Assembly (NCBI GenBank): GCA_026129255.1
Contig: JAHCIJ010000001.1
Location: 708,965 to 772,964 of the forward strand
From: Anaerolineales bacterium
GTDB taxonomy: Bacteria; Chloroflexota; Anaerolineae; Anaerolineales; UBA11579
DNA: 64,000 nt
Direction: 5' to 3'
Positions 11,277 to 19,890 of the stretch are shown here, piece by piece (positions within the stretch are counted from its first letter, which is position 1; every line of letters starts with the position of its first letter). Made by a program: the position numbers and the translations under genes. The notes beneath the pieces are model-generated. The model was not told the DNA's origin. It did no database searches and saw only the letters and a list, made by a program, of their open reading frames with translations.

Positions 11277-12044
11277 TTATTTGAGCTCCAGCATGACCGG
11301 GCAGTGGTCTGAGCCGGTAACCTCGCTAAAGATGGTGATGTCTTTGACCTTCTTGAGCAGCGGCTTGGAGACCAGGAAGTAGTCCAGCCGCCAGCCGATG
11401 TTGTTCTGGCGGGCGCTGGGAAAGCGCGCCGTCCACCAACTGAACTGCTGCTTGTCGGGATACAGCTCGCGGAAGGTGTCCACCAGTCCGGCGTCAAAAT
11501 ACTTACCCAGTGCGGCGCGCTCTTCCGGCATAAAGCCGGATGTGCGCTGATTCTCTTTCGGGCGGGCCAGGTCGATCTCGTTAAAAGCGGTATTGAAGTC
11601 ACCGGTGAGCACAATGCTCTCGCCGGCTTTGTGCAGCTTCTTGATGTGCTTGAGCAGCGCTTCGTAAAACTCCAGCTTGTAGCCCACGCGCGCCATGCCG
11701 GTGGTGCCGCTGGGGAAATACACATTCAGCAGGGTGAAATCATCAAAGCGTGTTTGGATCACGCGACCCTCAACATCAAACTTGGGCACGCCAAAGCCGA
11801 TGATGTCTTCCTTGCTCTTCTTCGACACCATCGTGGCCACGCCGCTGTAGCCGGGGCGCTCCGCCGGGTTCCAGGCTACCGTGTAACCTTTGAAGGTCTC
11901 CATCTGCGCATCCGTCAGTTGCTCCGGTTTGCTCTTGATCTCTTGCAGACAGATCACATCGGGTTTCTGCTTATGGATCCATGCCCAGCTATCTTTCTTG
12001 AGGTGCGCGCGCAAACCGTTGACGTTCCAACTGATGAGTTTCAT
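11277..12044 (-). CDS. xth: Exodeoxyribonuclease III
   Basis: MKLISWNVNGLRA N-terminus, and DICLQE, SGVA and DHCPV motifs of the ExoIII/APE1 family. Confidence 0.9.
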   Translation of the reverse strand: MKLISWNVNGLRAHLKKDSWAWIHKQKPDVICLQEIKSKPEQLTDAQMETFKGYTVAWNPAERPGYSGVATMVSKKSKEDIIGFGVPKFDVEGRVIQTRFDDFTLLNVYFPSGTTGMARVGYKLEFYEALLKHIKKLHKAGESIVLTGDFNTAFNEIDLARPKENQRTSGFMPEERAALGKYFDAGLVDTFRELYPDKQQFSWWTARFPSARQNNIGWRLDYFLVSKPLLKKVKDITIFSEVTGSDHCPVMLELK

Positions 12045-12071
12045 AGGGAAATTGTAATGGGTTTGGCAAGT

Positions 12072-12109
12072 AGAGAATAGAGATTGGCGATTCCGAAATC
12101 TCTATTCTC
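12072..12109. repeat. Hairpin-forming repeat in the xth/hisS divergent intergenic region
   Basis: AGAGAATAGAGATT-ggcgattccga-AATCTCTATTCTC. It shares the AGAGATTGGxGATTCC core with 6148-6166. Confidence 0.6.
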
Positions 12110-12150
12110 AAATCTCGTTTTTCATTCTCCCGGTCTTATATAATGCCTTC

Positions 12151-13416
12151 ATGCCCAACATCATCCAAGCCGTCCGCGGCACGCAAGACTATTACCCAGA
12201 GGAGATGGCCGTGCGCTCCTGGCTGTATGCCAAGATGCGCCAGGTATCCGAATCCTTTGGTTATCAGGAGTACGACGGCCCGTTTTTGGAGCGCTTTGAG
12301 CTGTATGCTGCCAAATCCGGCGCCGAGTTGGTAGAGAAGCAGTCCTATGTGTTTGAAGACCGCGGCGGTGAGCGCATCACCCTGCGCCCGGAGTTGACGC
12401 CATCCCTGGCACGCATGGTGGCCACGCGCCAGCGCCAGCTGACCTATCCGCTGCGCTGGTGGTCGTTTGGCCCCTTCTGGCGCTATGAGAAGCCGCAGAA
12501 GGGCCGCACGCGCGAGTTCTTCCAGTGGAACATTGACATGGTGGGCGAGGATTCGCCCGAGGCGGATGCCGAGCTGGCCACAATTGCCGCCAGCTTCCTC
12601 AAAACTATTGGCCTGGGCGCCAACGAGGCGCAGATTCTGGTCAACAACCGCCAGCTGATGCAGGCCGAGTTGGAAGTGCTGGGCATCTCCGGTGCGCTGC
12701 GCAGTGAAGTCTTTGGTCTGATCGACCGTAAAGACAAGCTGAGCGCAGAAGCCTGGCAGGCGCGCGGCAGCGAGCTCGGCTTGGACGCAGCGCAGCTGTT
12801 GGGCATCGAGAAGCTGCTCACCGATCAGGATCTGTGGAAAAAGTCGGAGACGTTGCAGCGCTTCTTCACCGCCGTGGAAGCACAAGGCGCGGCCGACTAT
12901 GTGCGCTACGCGCCGCACATCATCCGCGGGCTGGACTATTACACCGGCACGGTCTTCGAGGCCTGGGACACCGCCGGCGAGTTCCGCGCCATTTTTGGCG
13001 GCGGCCGCTACAATGACCTGGTGAATGCGGTGGGCGGCGAGCCGGTGCCAGCCGTCGGCTTCGCCGTGGGCAACGTCGTCATCAGCCTGCTGCTGCAGGC
13101 GCTGGGTCACGCGCCGGATGTCAGCGGACGAGCGCCTATCTACATCACCGTCTTCGATGCTGATAGTCTGGCCGCCTCATTTTCGCTGGCCGCCGAGCTG
13201 CGTGCTGCTGGCCTCAATGTCACCAGCCACCTGCAGGCCGACAAGCTGCAGAAGCAGTTCAAGCAGGCCGATCGCAGCGGCGCCAAGCTGGTGCTGGTGT
13301 TGGGGCCGGATGAGGTTGCGCAGAACACGGTGAACGTCAAAGACCTGCGCAGCGGCGAGCAGCGCAGCCTGCCGCGGGCAGAATTGGCGGCCGAGTTGCA
13401 GAAGCTGCTGGCCTAG
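12151..13416 (+). CDS. hisS: Histidine--tRNA ligase
   Basis: VRGTQDYYP N-terminus, class II motifs (FRYEKPQKGRTREF, RGLDYYTG, GGGRYN) and an anticodon-binding C-terminal domain. Confidence 0.92.
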   Translation: MPNIIQAVRGTQDYYPEEMAVRSWLYAKMRQVSESFGYQEYDGPFLERFELYAAKSGAELVEKQSYVFEDRGGERITLRPELTPSLARMVATRQRQLTYPLRWWSFGPFWRYEKPQKGRTREFFQWNIDMVGEDSPEADAELATIAASFLKTIGLGANEAQILVNNRQLMQAELEVLGISGALRSEVFGLIDRKDKLSAEAWQARGSELGLDAAQLLGIEKLLTDQDLWKKSETLQRFFTAVEAQGAADYVRYAPHIIRGLDYYTGTVFEAWDTAGEFRAIFGGGRYNDLVNAVGGEPVPAVGFAVGNVVISLLLQALGHAPDVSGRAPIYITVFDADSLAASFSLAAELRAAGLNVTSHLQADKLQKQFKQADRSGAKLVLVLGPDEVAQNTVNVKDLRSGEQRSLPRAELAAELQKLLA

Positions 13417-13442
13417 CTCCCCGAGGATTTCCTTCAGGGCAC

Positions 13443-13472
13443 TTGAAGCCGAGCTATATCACATGATAAAAT
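13443..13472 (+). promoter_or_regulatory. Putative sigma-70 promoter for tRNA-His
   Basis: TTGAAG (13443-13448), an 18-nt spacer, then TAAAAT (13467-13472). This ends about 10 nt before the tRNA 5' end. Confidence 0.4.
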
Positions 13473-13482
13473 AGCGTTTCTT

Positions 13483-13556
13483 GGTGGATGTAGCTCAATC
13501 GGCAGAGCACCGCATTGTGGATGCGGTGGTTGCGGGTTCGATTCCCGTCATCCACC
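13483..13556 (+). tRNA. tRNA-His (anticodon GTG) with genomically encoded G-1; 3' CCA not encoded
   Basis: Hand-folded cloverleaf: G-1, acceptor GTGGATG/CATCCAC, D arm GCTC/GAGC, anticodon arm CCGCA-TTGTGGA-TGCGG, T arm GCGGG-TTCGATT-CCCGT, discriminator C. The sequence continues CCTG, so there is no CCA. Confidence 0.9.
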
Positions 13557-13570
13557 CCTGGAATTAAAAA

Positions 13571-13592
13571 ATCGGCGAAAGCCGATTTTTTT
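13571..13592 (+). terminator. Rho-independent terminator after tRNA-His
   Basis: ATCGGC-gaaa-GCCGAT followed by TTTTTT. Confidence 0.8.
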
Positions 13593-13638
13593 GATCCTGT
13601 TTTGAACGCGAAGGCAAGTGAGTTGAAGTAGTCACACG

Positions 13639-14538
13639 TTAACGCTGAGCTAAGTACACTCCCGCCAGGCATAGTGCCCCGCCAGCCAGCGCCAACTCAC
13701 TCGGTGCTTCACTCAATACCAGCCACCCCAAAATGACAGCAACCACCGGCACCAGATAGAGCCATGCACCTGTGCGTCCGGCCGTGGTACGGCTCAGTGC
13801 ATAGCTCCACGTTACGAAGCCTAGCGCAGTAGGCACAATGCCGAGGTACGCAACCCAGCCTGCGGCGGTTGCACCTCCTTGGTGTAGGGATGTGAGCAAG
13901 CTTGGAGCAAACGGCAGTAGGGCAATGCTAGCGGCCAGGCAGCCTAACCAGGTGACTTGCAATGCGGCTACGCGATGTACAACCGATTTTTGGATGACAA
14001 CCGCTGCAGCGTAGGCAAGCACGGCCAGGATCAGAAGCAACAGGCCAAAGGTTGCAGTTTCTCCCCGTTGCGATGTGGTGAAGCCTATCAAAGCGCTGCC
14101 CATAAAGGCAACGGCCAGGCCAGCAAGCAAACGGCGTGGGAAACCCTCATGCAGGAAGAAGCCCGCCAGCAGCGCGATGAGCAGCGGGCCACTGCCCACC
14201 AGCATGGCTGCCGTGCCCGCGTCTACATGCCGGGAGGCTTCGTTGAGCGCCAGGCTGTAGACACCTTGCCAGAGGATGCCATAGAACGCAATACGCAGCA
14301 GGTCGCCGCGTGCGGGCATTGGGAACGGGCGCAGTAGCGCCACCAGTGTGAGCAGCACAGTACTGACCAGCGCTCGGCCGAAGGCCAGGGCGCCGGGCGG
14401 CACGCTGCTGCTGGCGGCACGGATGGCTACAAAAGCTGAACCCCACGCGAGCACAGTGATCAGAGCGGCTAGTTTGGAGGTTAGCGGATCCTTTTGTTCT
14501 AGGCGCGGCAACTTAGCCTGCGTATCTGCTCTTTTCAT
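13639..14538 (-). CDS. DMT superfamily (EamA-like) transporter
   Basis: The sequence looks polytopic with several hydrophobic segments, Gly/Ala-rich and of duplicated EamA type. I chose the start at ATG 14538, which forms an ATGA overlap with the upstream gene's stop. The ORF-track start 14640 would overlap that gene by about 100 nt. Confidence 0.8.
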   Translation of the reverse strand: MKRADTQAKLPRLEQKDPLTSKLAALITVLAWGSAFVAIRAASSSVPPGALAFGRALVSTVLLTLVALLRPFPMPARGDLLRIAFYGILWQGVYSLALNEASRHVDAGTAAMLVGSGPLLIALLAGFFLHEGFPRRLLAGLAVAFMGSALIGFTTSQRGETATFGLLLLILAVLAYAAAVVIQKSVVHRVAALQVTWLGCLAASIALLPFAPSLLTSLHQGGATAAGWVAYLGIVPTALGFVTWSYALSRTTAGRTGAWLYLVPVVAVILGWLVLSEAPSELALAGGALCLAGVYLAQR

Positions 14539-15230
14539 ACCATGCCAACCTTTTCCAGCAACAACGCTTGACCCTGTTTGCCCACGCTTTCCAGTGCACC
14601 CATCTTGCGCAAGCAATAACTCACGCGCGTGCTCTGCCATACGGGGATACCCATGGCGTCTGCTAACTGCTTGTGCGTGAAGGGGCTTTGCAACTCTTTA
14701 GGGATCAGGCGCAGATAGTCCTTTAGGTTGCGGAAGCGATGGCTGCCGCTCACCTCTAGCAAACGGCGGTCAGCGATGCTCCAGTGCTTGCGCCGCCAAC
14801 TGCCATGCCCGTCATCCTGCCATACTTCTTCCTGGTGAGTGAACACTGCCATGCATGAGAAGTTGGGATGGGCGGCCAGGTGGGGGATGTAGAGCAGCTC
14901 ATCAAACAGGTTTTCGATACGCCCGTGCTTGGGTGACTTGCGGCGGCTGAGTTGCTTGCCGCGTTTGTTTTGGCGCACGATCCATTTGTTCAGCGCGATA
15001 GGGTGCACCAGCACCACCTTGTGCTTCTCCAGCAAACGGCCCAGCTTGGTTTTCAGCGCGCCAAAGTTGGCCGTCTGAATTTCGATCAGCGTCTTGCCGC
15101 GCACAATGTCTATCTGGTAACCATCCACACGCTGCTCCATGGCATCGCCGGGCTTGGCCAGCCAGCGCTTCAGTTCAGCATGCAGACTTTGCTCGGTCAG
15201 CGTGCCGATGTGGGTGCCGGGCTGCATCAT
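14535..15230 (-). CDS. Conserved hypothetical protein, possible PD-(D/E)xK-like nuclease fold with a C-terminal wHTH-like region
   Basis: 231 aa. N-terminal GTLTEQSLHAELKRWL...VDGYQIDIVRGKTLIEIQT resembles restriction-endonuclease-like cores (D...D-I-V...E-I-Q). The C-terminal FTHKQLADAMGIPVWQSTRVSYCLRKM segment looks HTH-like. It has 4-nt overlaps with both neighbouring genes. Confidence 0.55.
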   Translation of the reverse strand: MMQPGTHIGTLTEQSLHAELKRWLAKPGDAMEQRVDGYQIDIVRGKTLIEIQTANFGALKTKLGRLLEKHKVVLVHPIALNKWIVRQNKRGKQLSRRKSPKHGRIENLFDELLYIPHLAAHPNFSCMAVFTHQEEVWQDDGHGSWRRKHWSIADRRLLEVSGSHRFRNLKDYLRLIPKELQSPFTHKQLADAMGIPVWQSTRVSYCLRKMGALESVGKQGQALLLEKVGMV

Positions 15231-16465
15231 GGGTCTGGCTTTTCCTTCTTGCTGGCGCGGCGGGCGGCCAAACCGCTGGCAGGCACCAGGCTGTTGTCGC
15301 CAAAGCGTGCTTGCACAGTTTTGAGCGCCGCGTCCAGCTTCTCCTGCTTCTCAAACGCCTTCGGGTTCCAGTCCCACAGCTTGGGCTGGAAGCTGGGCGC
15401 CGCCAGGTTGCTGGCGCGCACACCCAGCAAGCGCACCTTGCGCCCTGGCTTCCAGTGAGCGTGGAAGAGCGTGCGCGCCGCGGCTTCGATCAGCTTGGCG
15501 TCGTCAGTGGGCTCGGGCAGAGTGAGCTGGCGGCTGATCTTGCTAAAGTCTGGCCAGCGGATCTTGATCGCCACTGTGCTGCACTGCAGCTCCAGCTTGC
15601 GCAATTGCCTGGCGATCGATTGGGCTTGCTCGGCGAGTATCTGCAAAAGCTCTACTTCATGGCTCGTGTCCTGCGCAAAAGTTTCTTCGTGGCTCACCGA
15701 TTTGGTTTCGTGGCTGACGTGCACCGGGCTCTCGTCAATGCCCTGGGCACGGTAATGCAGTGCGCTGCCAGTTTGCCCAAGCAGGCGGATCAGCTCGTGC
15801 AGTGGGTAGCGCGCAATATCGCCCACGGTGCGCATACCTAGCGACGCCAGCCGCTCTGCTGTTTTGGGGCCGATGCCCCACAGCGCGTCACTTGGCAGGG
15901 GCGCGAGGAAGGCGGCCTCTTCGCCGTGCGGCACCACCTGGATGGCGTAAGGATAGACGCCGCTCTTGCCGTGGTTGGCCTTGCCTACGTTGGTGGCCAC
16001 CTTCGCTACCAGCTTGTTGCTCGCCACGCCGAGGGAGGAGGGCAGGTGCAGGTGATCGCGAATTTGGGTTTGCAGTTGCTTTGCGTACATGATGCCGGGT
16101 TGCGGCAGGTGCGAGATGTCGATAAAGGCTTCATCGATGGAGATGGGTTGTACGAGATCCGAGTAGCTGCCTAATAGCTCCATCACTTTGCGCGATAGGT
16201 CTACATAATCACGGAAGTGATGGCGCACCACGATCAGATCGGGGCACAGGCGCAGCGCACGCGCCATCGGCATGGCCGAGTGCACACCGTAGCGCCGCGC
16301 CGCATACGAACACGAAGCCACCACGCCGCGACCCTCGGGGCTTCCGCCCACCGCGAACGGTTTGCCGCGCAGACTCGGGTCACGCAGCTCTTCAACCGCA
16401 CAGAAGAACGCATCCAGATCTAGATGGATGATGGTGCGCGGGTTGGCAGGTGTCTCAGCGTGCAT
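15227..16465 (-). CDS. dinB: DNA polymerase IV (Y-family)
   Basis: IIHLDLDAFFCAVEE, SIDEAFLD-like (SIDEAFIDIS) and GIGPKTAERL motifs. Confidence 0.92.
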   Translation of the reverse strand: MHAETPANPRTIIHLDLDAFFCAVEELRDPSLRGKPFAVGGSPEGRGVVASCSYAARRYGVHSAMPMARALRLCPDLIVVRHHFRDYVDLSRKVMELLGSYSDLVQPISIDEAFIDISHLPQPGIMYAKQLQTQIRDHLHLPSSLGVASNKLVAKVATNVGKANHGKSGVYPYAIQVVPHGEEAAFLAPLPSDALWGIGPKTAERLASLGMRTVGDIARYPLHELIRLLGQTGSALHYRAQGIDESPVHVSHETKSVSHEETFAQDTSHEVELLQILAEQAQSIARQLRKLELQCSTVAIKIRWPDFSKISRQLTLPEPTDDAKLIEAAARTLFHAHWKPGRKVRLLGVRASNLAAPSFQPKLWDWNPKAFEKQEKLDAALKTVQARFGDNSLVPASGLAARRASKKEKPDP

Positions 16466-16496
16466 AAGCTATATGCGTATAGCCACAAGCGCAAGA

Positions 16497-17702
16497 TTAG
16501 ATCGCGCCGCTGGTCTTCAATTCTTCGAGGGCTGCGTCGGCCAGGCCAAGCTCGCCGCTCAGGATCTCGTGCGTGTGCTCACCCAGCGCGGGCGGGGGAT
16601 AGCGCAGCTGCATGGGGCTGGTAGGCACCTTGATGGGCGAGGCGAGCATGTCAATGGCCTCGCCGTTGCTCAGCTGGCCGTGCAACACCATCTCGCGCGC
16701 CAGCACCTGCGGGTCAGTAAATACCTGGTCTACGGTGTTGATCGGGCCAGCGGGTACGCCGGCCTGCTCGCAGGCGGCCAGCCACTCGGCCACGGTGCGG
16801 GTGGCGAATAGCACATCCAACAGGGGAATGAGCGCCTCGCGGTTCTCGACGCGCTTGGGGTTGCTGGCAAAGCGCGGGTCCTCGGCCAGGTCCGGGCGGC
16901 CTGCCGCGGCGCAGAACTTGCTCCACTGCTCATCGTTGCCACTGGCGAAGGCGAAGTACCCATCGCTGGCTTTGAAAGACTGGTAGGGCACGATGTTAGG
17001 GTGCCCGTTGCCATAGCGCTTAGGCGGTTGGCCGGAGATGAGATAGTTGCTGGCGACGTAAGACAGCGTACCGACCTGCGCATCGAACAGCGAAATGTCG
17101 ATGCGCTGCCCGGTTTTCTGGCGTTCACGTGCGAAAAGCGCGGCAGTGATCGCGTTACACGCATACATGCCAGACAGCAGGTCGGCGATGGCCAAGCCGA
17201 CACGCACCGGCTCGCCGTCTGCTGGGCCTGTGATACTCATCAAGCCGCCGCGCGCCTGGGCGATGAAGTCGTAACCCGGCTTGTGGCTGTCTGGGCCGCT
17301 GTAGCCGTAGCCGCTGATCGTGCAGTAGATCAGGGCAGGCCGCAGGGTTTGCAACTCTTCGTAGCTCAGCCCCATGCGCTCCAGCGTGCCCGGTTTGAAG
17401 TTCTCCACCAGCACGTCGCTCCGGGCGATGAGCTGGCGCAGAATGTCCAGCCCAGCCGGGCTCTTGAGGTTCAGGGTCATGCTGCGCTTATTGCGGTTGG
17501 CGGAGATGAAATAGGCCGACATGCCGCCTTGGGTGAACGGGGGGCCCCATTGGCGGGTATCGTCGCCTTTGCCGGGCGCCTCCACCTTGATGACATCCGC
17601 ACCCATATCACCCAGCAGCATCGTGCAATAGGGGCCAGCCAGGACGCGGGTGAGGTCTAGTACCTGGATTCCATGCAGTAGGCCAGTATTTGTGGTGGTC
17701 AT
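16497..17702 (-). CDS. Class III CoA-transferase (CaiB/BaiF/Frc family)
   Basis: GIQVLDLTRVLAGPYCTMLLGDMGADVIKVE N-terminus is typical of the family. I chose the start at ATG 17702 (MTTTNTGLLHG). Confidence 0.85.
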   Translation of the reverse strand: MTTTNTGLLHGIQVLDLTRVLAGPYCTMLLGDMGADVIKVEAPGKGDDTRQWGPPFTQGGMSAYFISANRNKRSMTLNLKSPAGLDILRQLIARSDVLVENFKPGTLERMGLSYEELQTLRPALIYCTISGYGYSGPDSHKPGYDFIAQARGGLMSITGPADGEPVRVGLAIADLLSGMYACNAITAALFARERQKTGQRIDISLFDAQVGTLSYVASNYLISGQPPKRYGNGHPNIVPYQSFKASDGYFAFASGNDEQWSKFCAAAGRPDLAEDPRFASNPKRVENREALIPLLDVLFATRTVAEWLAACEQAGVPAGPINTVDQVFTDPQVLAREMVLHGQLSNGEAIDMLASPIKVPTSPMQLRYPPPALGEHTHEILSGELGLADAALEELKTSGAI

Positions 17703-17881
17703 AACCCTATTATAGGTCAAATATTCTATAAACTTTGTGCGTAGCTTTTGGATATTTTGCGGGTTGTAAACTTTCAGTATGTTGTACATCTTTATTAAAG
17801 AGGAGGTGCTTGGGGGCCTGTTACATACTATGATCGTTCCCAGTTATTTTCGCTTTTATTCACTATCTATGAGGAGAGTAT

Positions 17882-19339
17882 ATGGCTGCTAATCAGCGCA
17901 TGGGCTATCTGCCTAACGAGACCCCGCCCGTGGGTCAGCTTATTCTTTTGGGCTTCCAGCACGTTCTCACCATGTTCCCGGCCACCGTTTTGGTGGCTGC
18001 TTTGTGTGGCTTCCACGTCAACACCGTGCTGTTCGCCTCGGGCGTTTCCACCATTGTGGCGCTCATTCTGTCCAAGATGGGCATCGGCAAGTTCATCCCC
18101 CTGTACTACGGCTCGAGCTTCAGCTACATTGCGGCTTACGTTGCCGTGGTCACCGCTATGACCGGCGCAGCGCCGGCCTTTGGTGTGCCCGCTCCGGATA
18201 ACGTCATCAGCACCATGCAGGCCGGCATCATCGTGACCGGTTTGCTCAACATCGTGTTGGGTTTCATCATCCGCGCAGTAGGCAAGAGCGCACTGGATAA
18301 GGTGCTGCCCCCGGTGGTGACTGGCTCTGTGGCTGCCATCATCGGTTTCGGTCTGGCTTTTGCCGCTCTGGGCATGGCTGGCGCTAACTGGGCGGTTTCC
18401 CTTGGTACGCTGCTGATCACCATCCTGTTCTCGGTGTACCTGCAGAACCGTGGTTTCCTGGGCATGCTGCCTGTGCTGCTCGGCGCGCTGGGCGGCTTCG
18501 TGCTGTCCGCCGTGCTAGATGCTGGCTCGGTGAGCTTTGCCGGTGTGGCTGCTGCCCCGCTTTTCCAGATGCCGCACTTCACCTTCCCCGCCTTTGGTGG
18601 CGCCTTCGTGGCCACTGCGGTGTTCAGCATCGCCATCATGGCGATCGCCACGATCCCCGAATCCACGGCGCACCTGTACCAGATCAGCCTCTATGTCGAT
18701 CGCTTCGCTGAGGAGCGCCGCGCCAAGAAGTATGAGCTGGACAAGCACGTTGGCTTCAACCTGATCCTGGATGGTGTGGGCGACTTCACCAACGGTTTGC
18801 TCGGTGCCACGGCTGGCACCAACTACGGCGAGAACAACTCGCTGATGGCGATCACTCGCAACTACTCCGGCCCGGCCTTGATCGCGGCTGGCGCCATCTC
18901 CATCCTGCTGGCCTTTGTCGGCAAGCTGGCTGCGTTGGTGAGCGCTGTGCCCCTGGCGGTCAGCGGTGGTTTGGCCATCTACCTGTTCGGTGTGATCGGT
19001 ATGCAGGGCATCGCCCTGATGCAGGAGCACAAGGTGAGCATGTTCGACCCGCGCAACCTGGCCGTTGGCGCCACCATCATGGTGGTGGGCATCGGTGGCA
19101 ACATCGGTTACGAGGGCGGCTTCCTGCCCATCCCGTTCCTGCAGGGCATCTTCCCCAGCGGTTTGCCCGCCATCGCCACCGCGGCGGTGCTCGGCATCCT
19201 GCTCAACGCTGTGTTCCTGATCTTTGCCCCTGAGGGCGAGAGCAAGGCCGCCGCTGGCAAGTCGACTGCGGTGAAGAAAGCAGCTGGCAAGAAGACGGCT
19301 ACCAAGAAGGCTGCCAAGAAGACGGCTCGCCGCCGCTAA
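17882..19339 (+). CDS. NCS2/NAT family nucleobase (uracil/xanthine-type) permease with a Lys/Ala-rich C-terminal tail
   Basis: The sequence looks polytopic. NAT signature-like YGENNSLMAITR. The C-terminus is KAAAGKSTAVKKAAGKKTATKKAAKKTARRR. Confidence 0.88.
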   Translation: MAANQRMGYLPNETPPVGQLILLGFQHVLTMFPATVLVAALCGFHVNTVLFASGVSTIVALILSKMGIGKFIPLYYGSSFSYIAAYVAVVTAMTGAAPAFGVPAPDNVISTMQAGIIVTGLLNIVLGFIIRAVGKSALDKVLPPVVTGSVAAIIGFGLAFAALGMAGANWAVSLGTLLITILFSVYLQNRGFLGMLPVLLGALGGFVLSAVLDAGSVSFAGVAAAPLFQMPHFTFPAFGGAFVATAVFSIAIMAIATIPESTAHLYQISLYVDRFAEERRAKKYELDKHVGFNLILDGVGDFTNGLLGATAGTNYGENNSLMAITRNYSGPALIAAGAISILLAFVGKLAALVSAVPLAVSGGLAIYLFGVIGMQGIALMQEHKVSMFDPRNLAVGATIMVVGIGGNIGYEGGFLPIPFLQGIFPSGLPAIATAAVLGILLNAVFLIFAPEGESKAAAGKSTAVKKAAGKKTATKKAAKKTARRR

Positions 19340-19364
19340 GCAGTAGTTTCAGAAGAACCAAAAA

Positions 19365-19398
19365 GAGCAGCGCAATGCGCTGCTCTTTTTTTTTTTTT
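19365..19398 (+). terminator. Rho-independent terminator after the permease gene
   Basis: GAGCAGCGC-aat-GCGCTGCTC followed by 13 T. Confidence 0.85.
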
Positions 19399-19409
19399 GC
19401 GGGTATCTT

Positions 19410-19886
19410 CCACAGATAAACACGGATAGAGCAATATTTTTTTACCGCAAATGAACGCAGATGAACACAGATAAAACCTACTATAAACAAAAAACGTAGC
19501 CCGTTTGTCTTTGCGAGGCTGGCGTAGCCAGCCGAAGCAATCCCCAGGTGTATTTGCGCTATGGCTCGGAGATTGCTTCGTCGGCGCAGCTTCGCTGCGC
19601 ACTCCTCGCAAAGACGATTGAGCAGTGGATCTATCTGCTATGGACACAGATAAAAACTAAATAGGGGCCAAGCTGCAAAAGCAAAGCGCAGCCTGTTTGT
19701 CTTTGCGAGGGCGGTGTAGCCGCACGAAGCAATCCCCAAGCCTTTTATCTGCGGATGAACACGAATAAAACGGCTGGTCGTCATTCCGCCCTCGTTGCAC
19801 CCGGGCCGCAAAGGCGATGGAGCAGTGGACCTATCAATGTTTCTATCTGTGTTTATCGGTGGATAGACATCTGTGTTCATCTGTGG
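19410..19886. repeat. About 480-bp gene-free mosaic of family A and family B dispersed repeats
   Basis: Family A copies lie at 19410-19431, 19445-19476, 19627-19656, 19745-19770 and 19821-19886. The family B palindrome is at 19500-19616, with a half copy at 19691-19737. An AGCAGTGGAYCTATC motif occurs at 19621 and 19821. Confidence 0.85.
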
Positions 19887-19890
19887 TCTC

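Noticed and set aside
13483-13556. Absence of an encoded 3' CCA on both tRNA genes, considered as a sign of pseudogenes.
   Set aside because: Both fold into canonical cloverleaves with intact stems. CCA addition by the CCA-adding enzyme is normal in many bacterial lineages.
17703-17881. Purine/pyrimidine-type riboswitch upstream of the NCS2 permease.
   Set aside because: The 179-nt AT-rich leader shows none of the conserved purine-riboswitch core sequences I know, and no obvious three-way junction pairing. It cannot be supported without a covariance-model search.
19399-19890. Possible CRISPR array or coding ORFs in the repeat mosaic (ORF-track 19336-19647, 19638-19922, 19755-19961; similarly 5572-5904 and 3432-3758).
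   Set aside because: The repeat units are of several families, in both orientations and at irregular spacing, with no constant repeat-spacer periodicity. The ORFs are simply translations of the repeats (ICVHLW-type strings).
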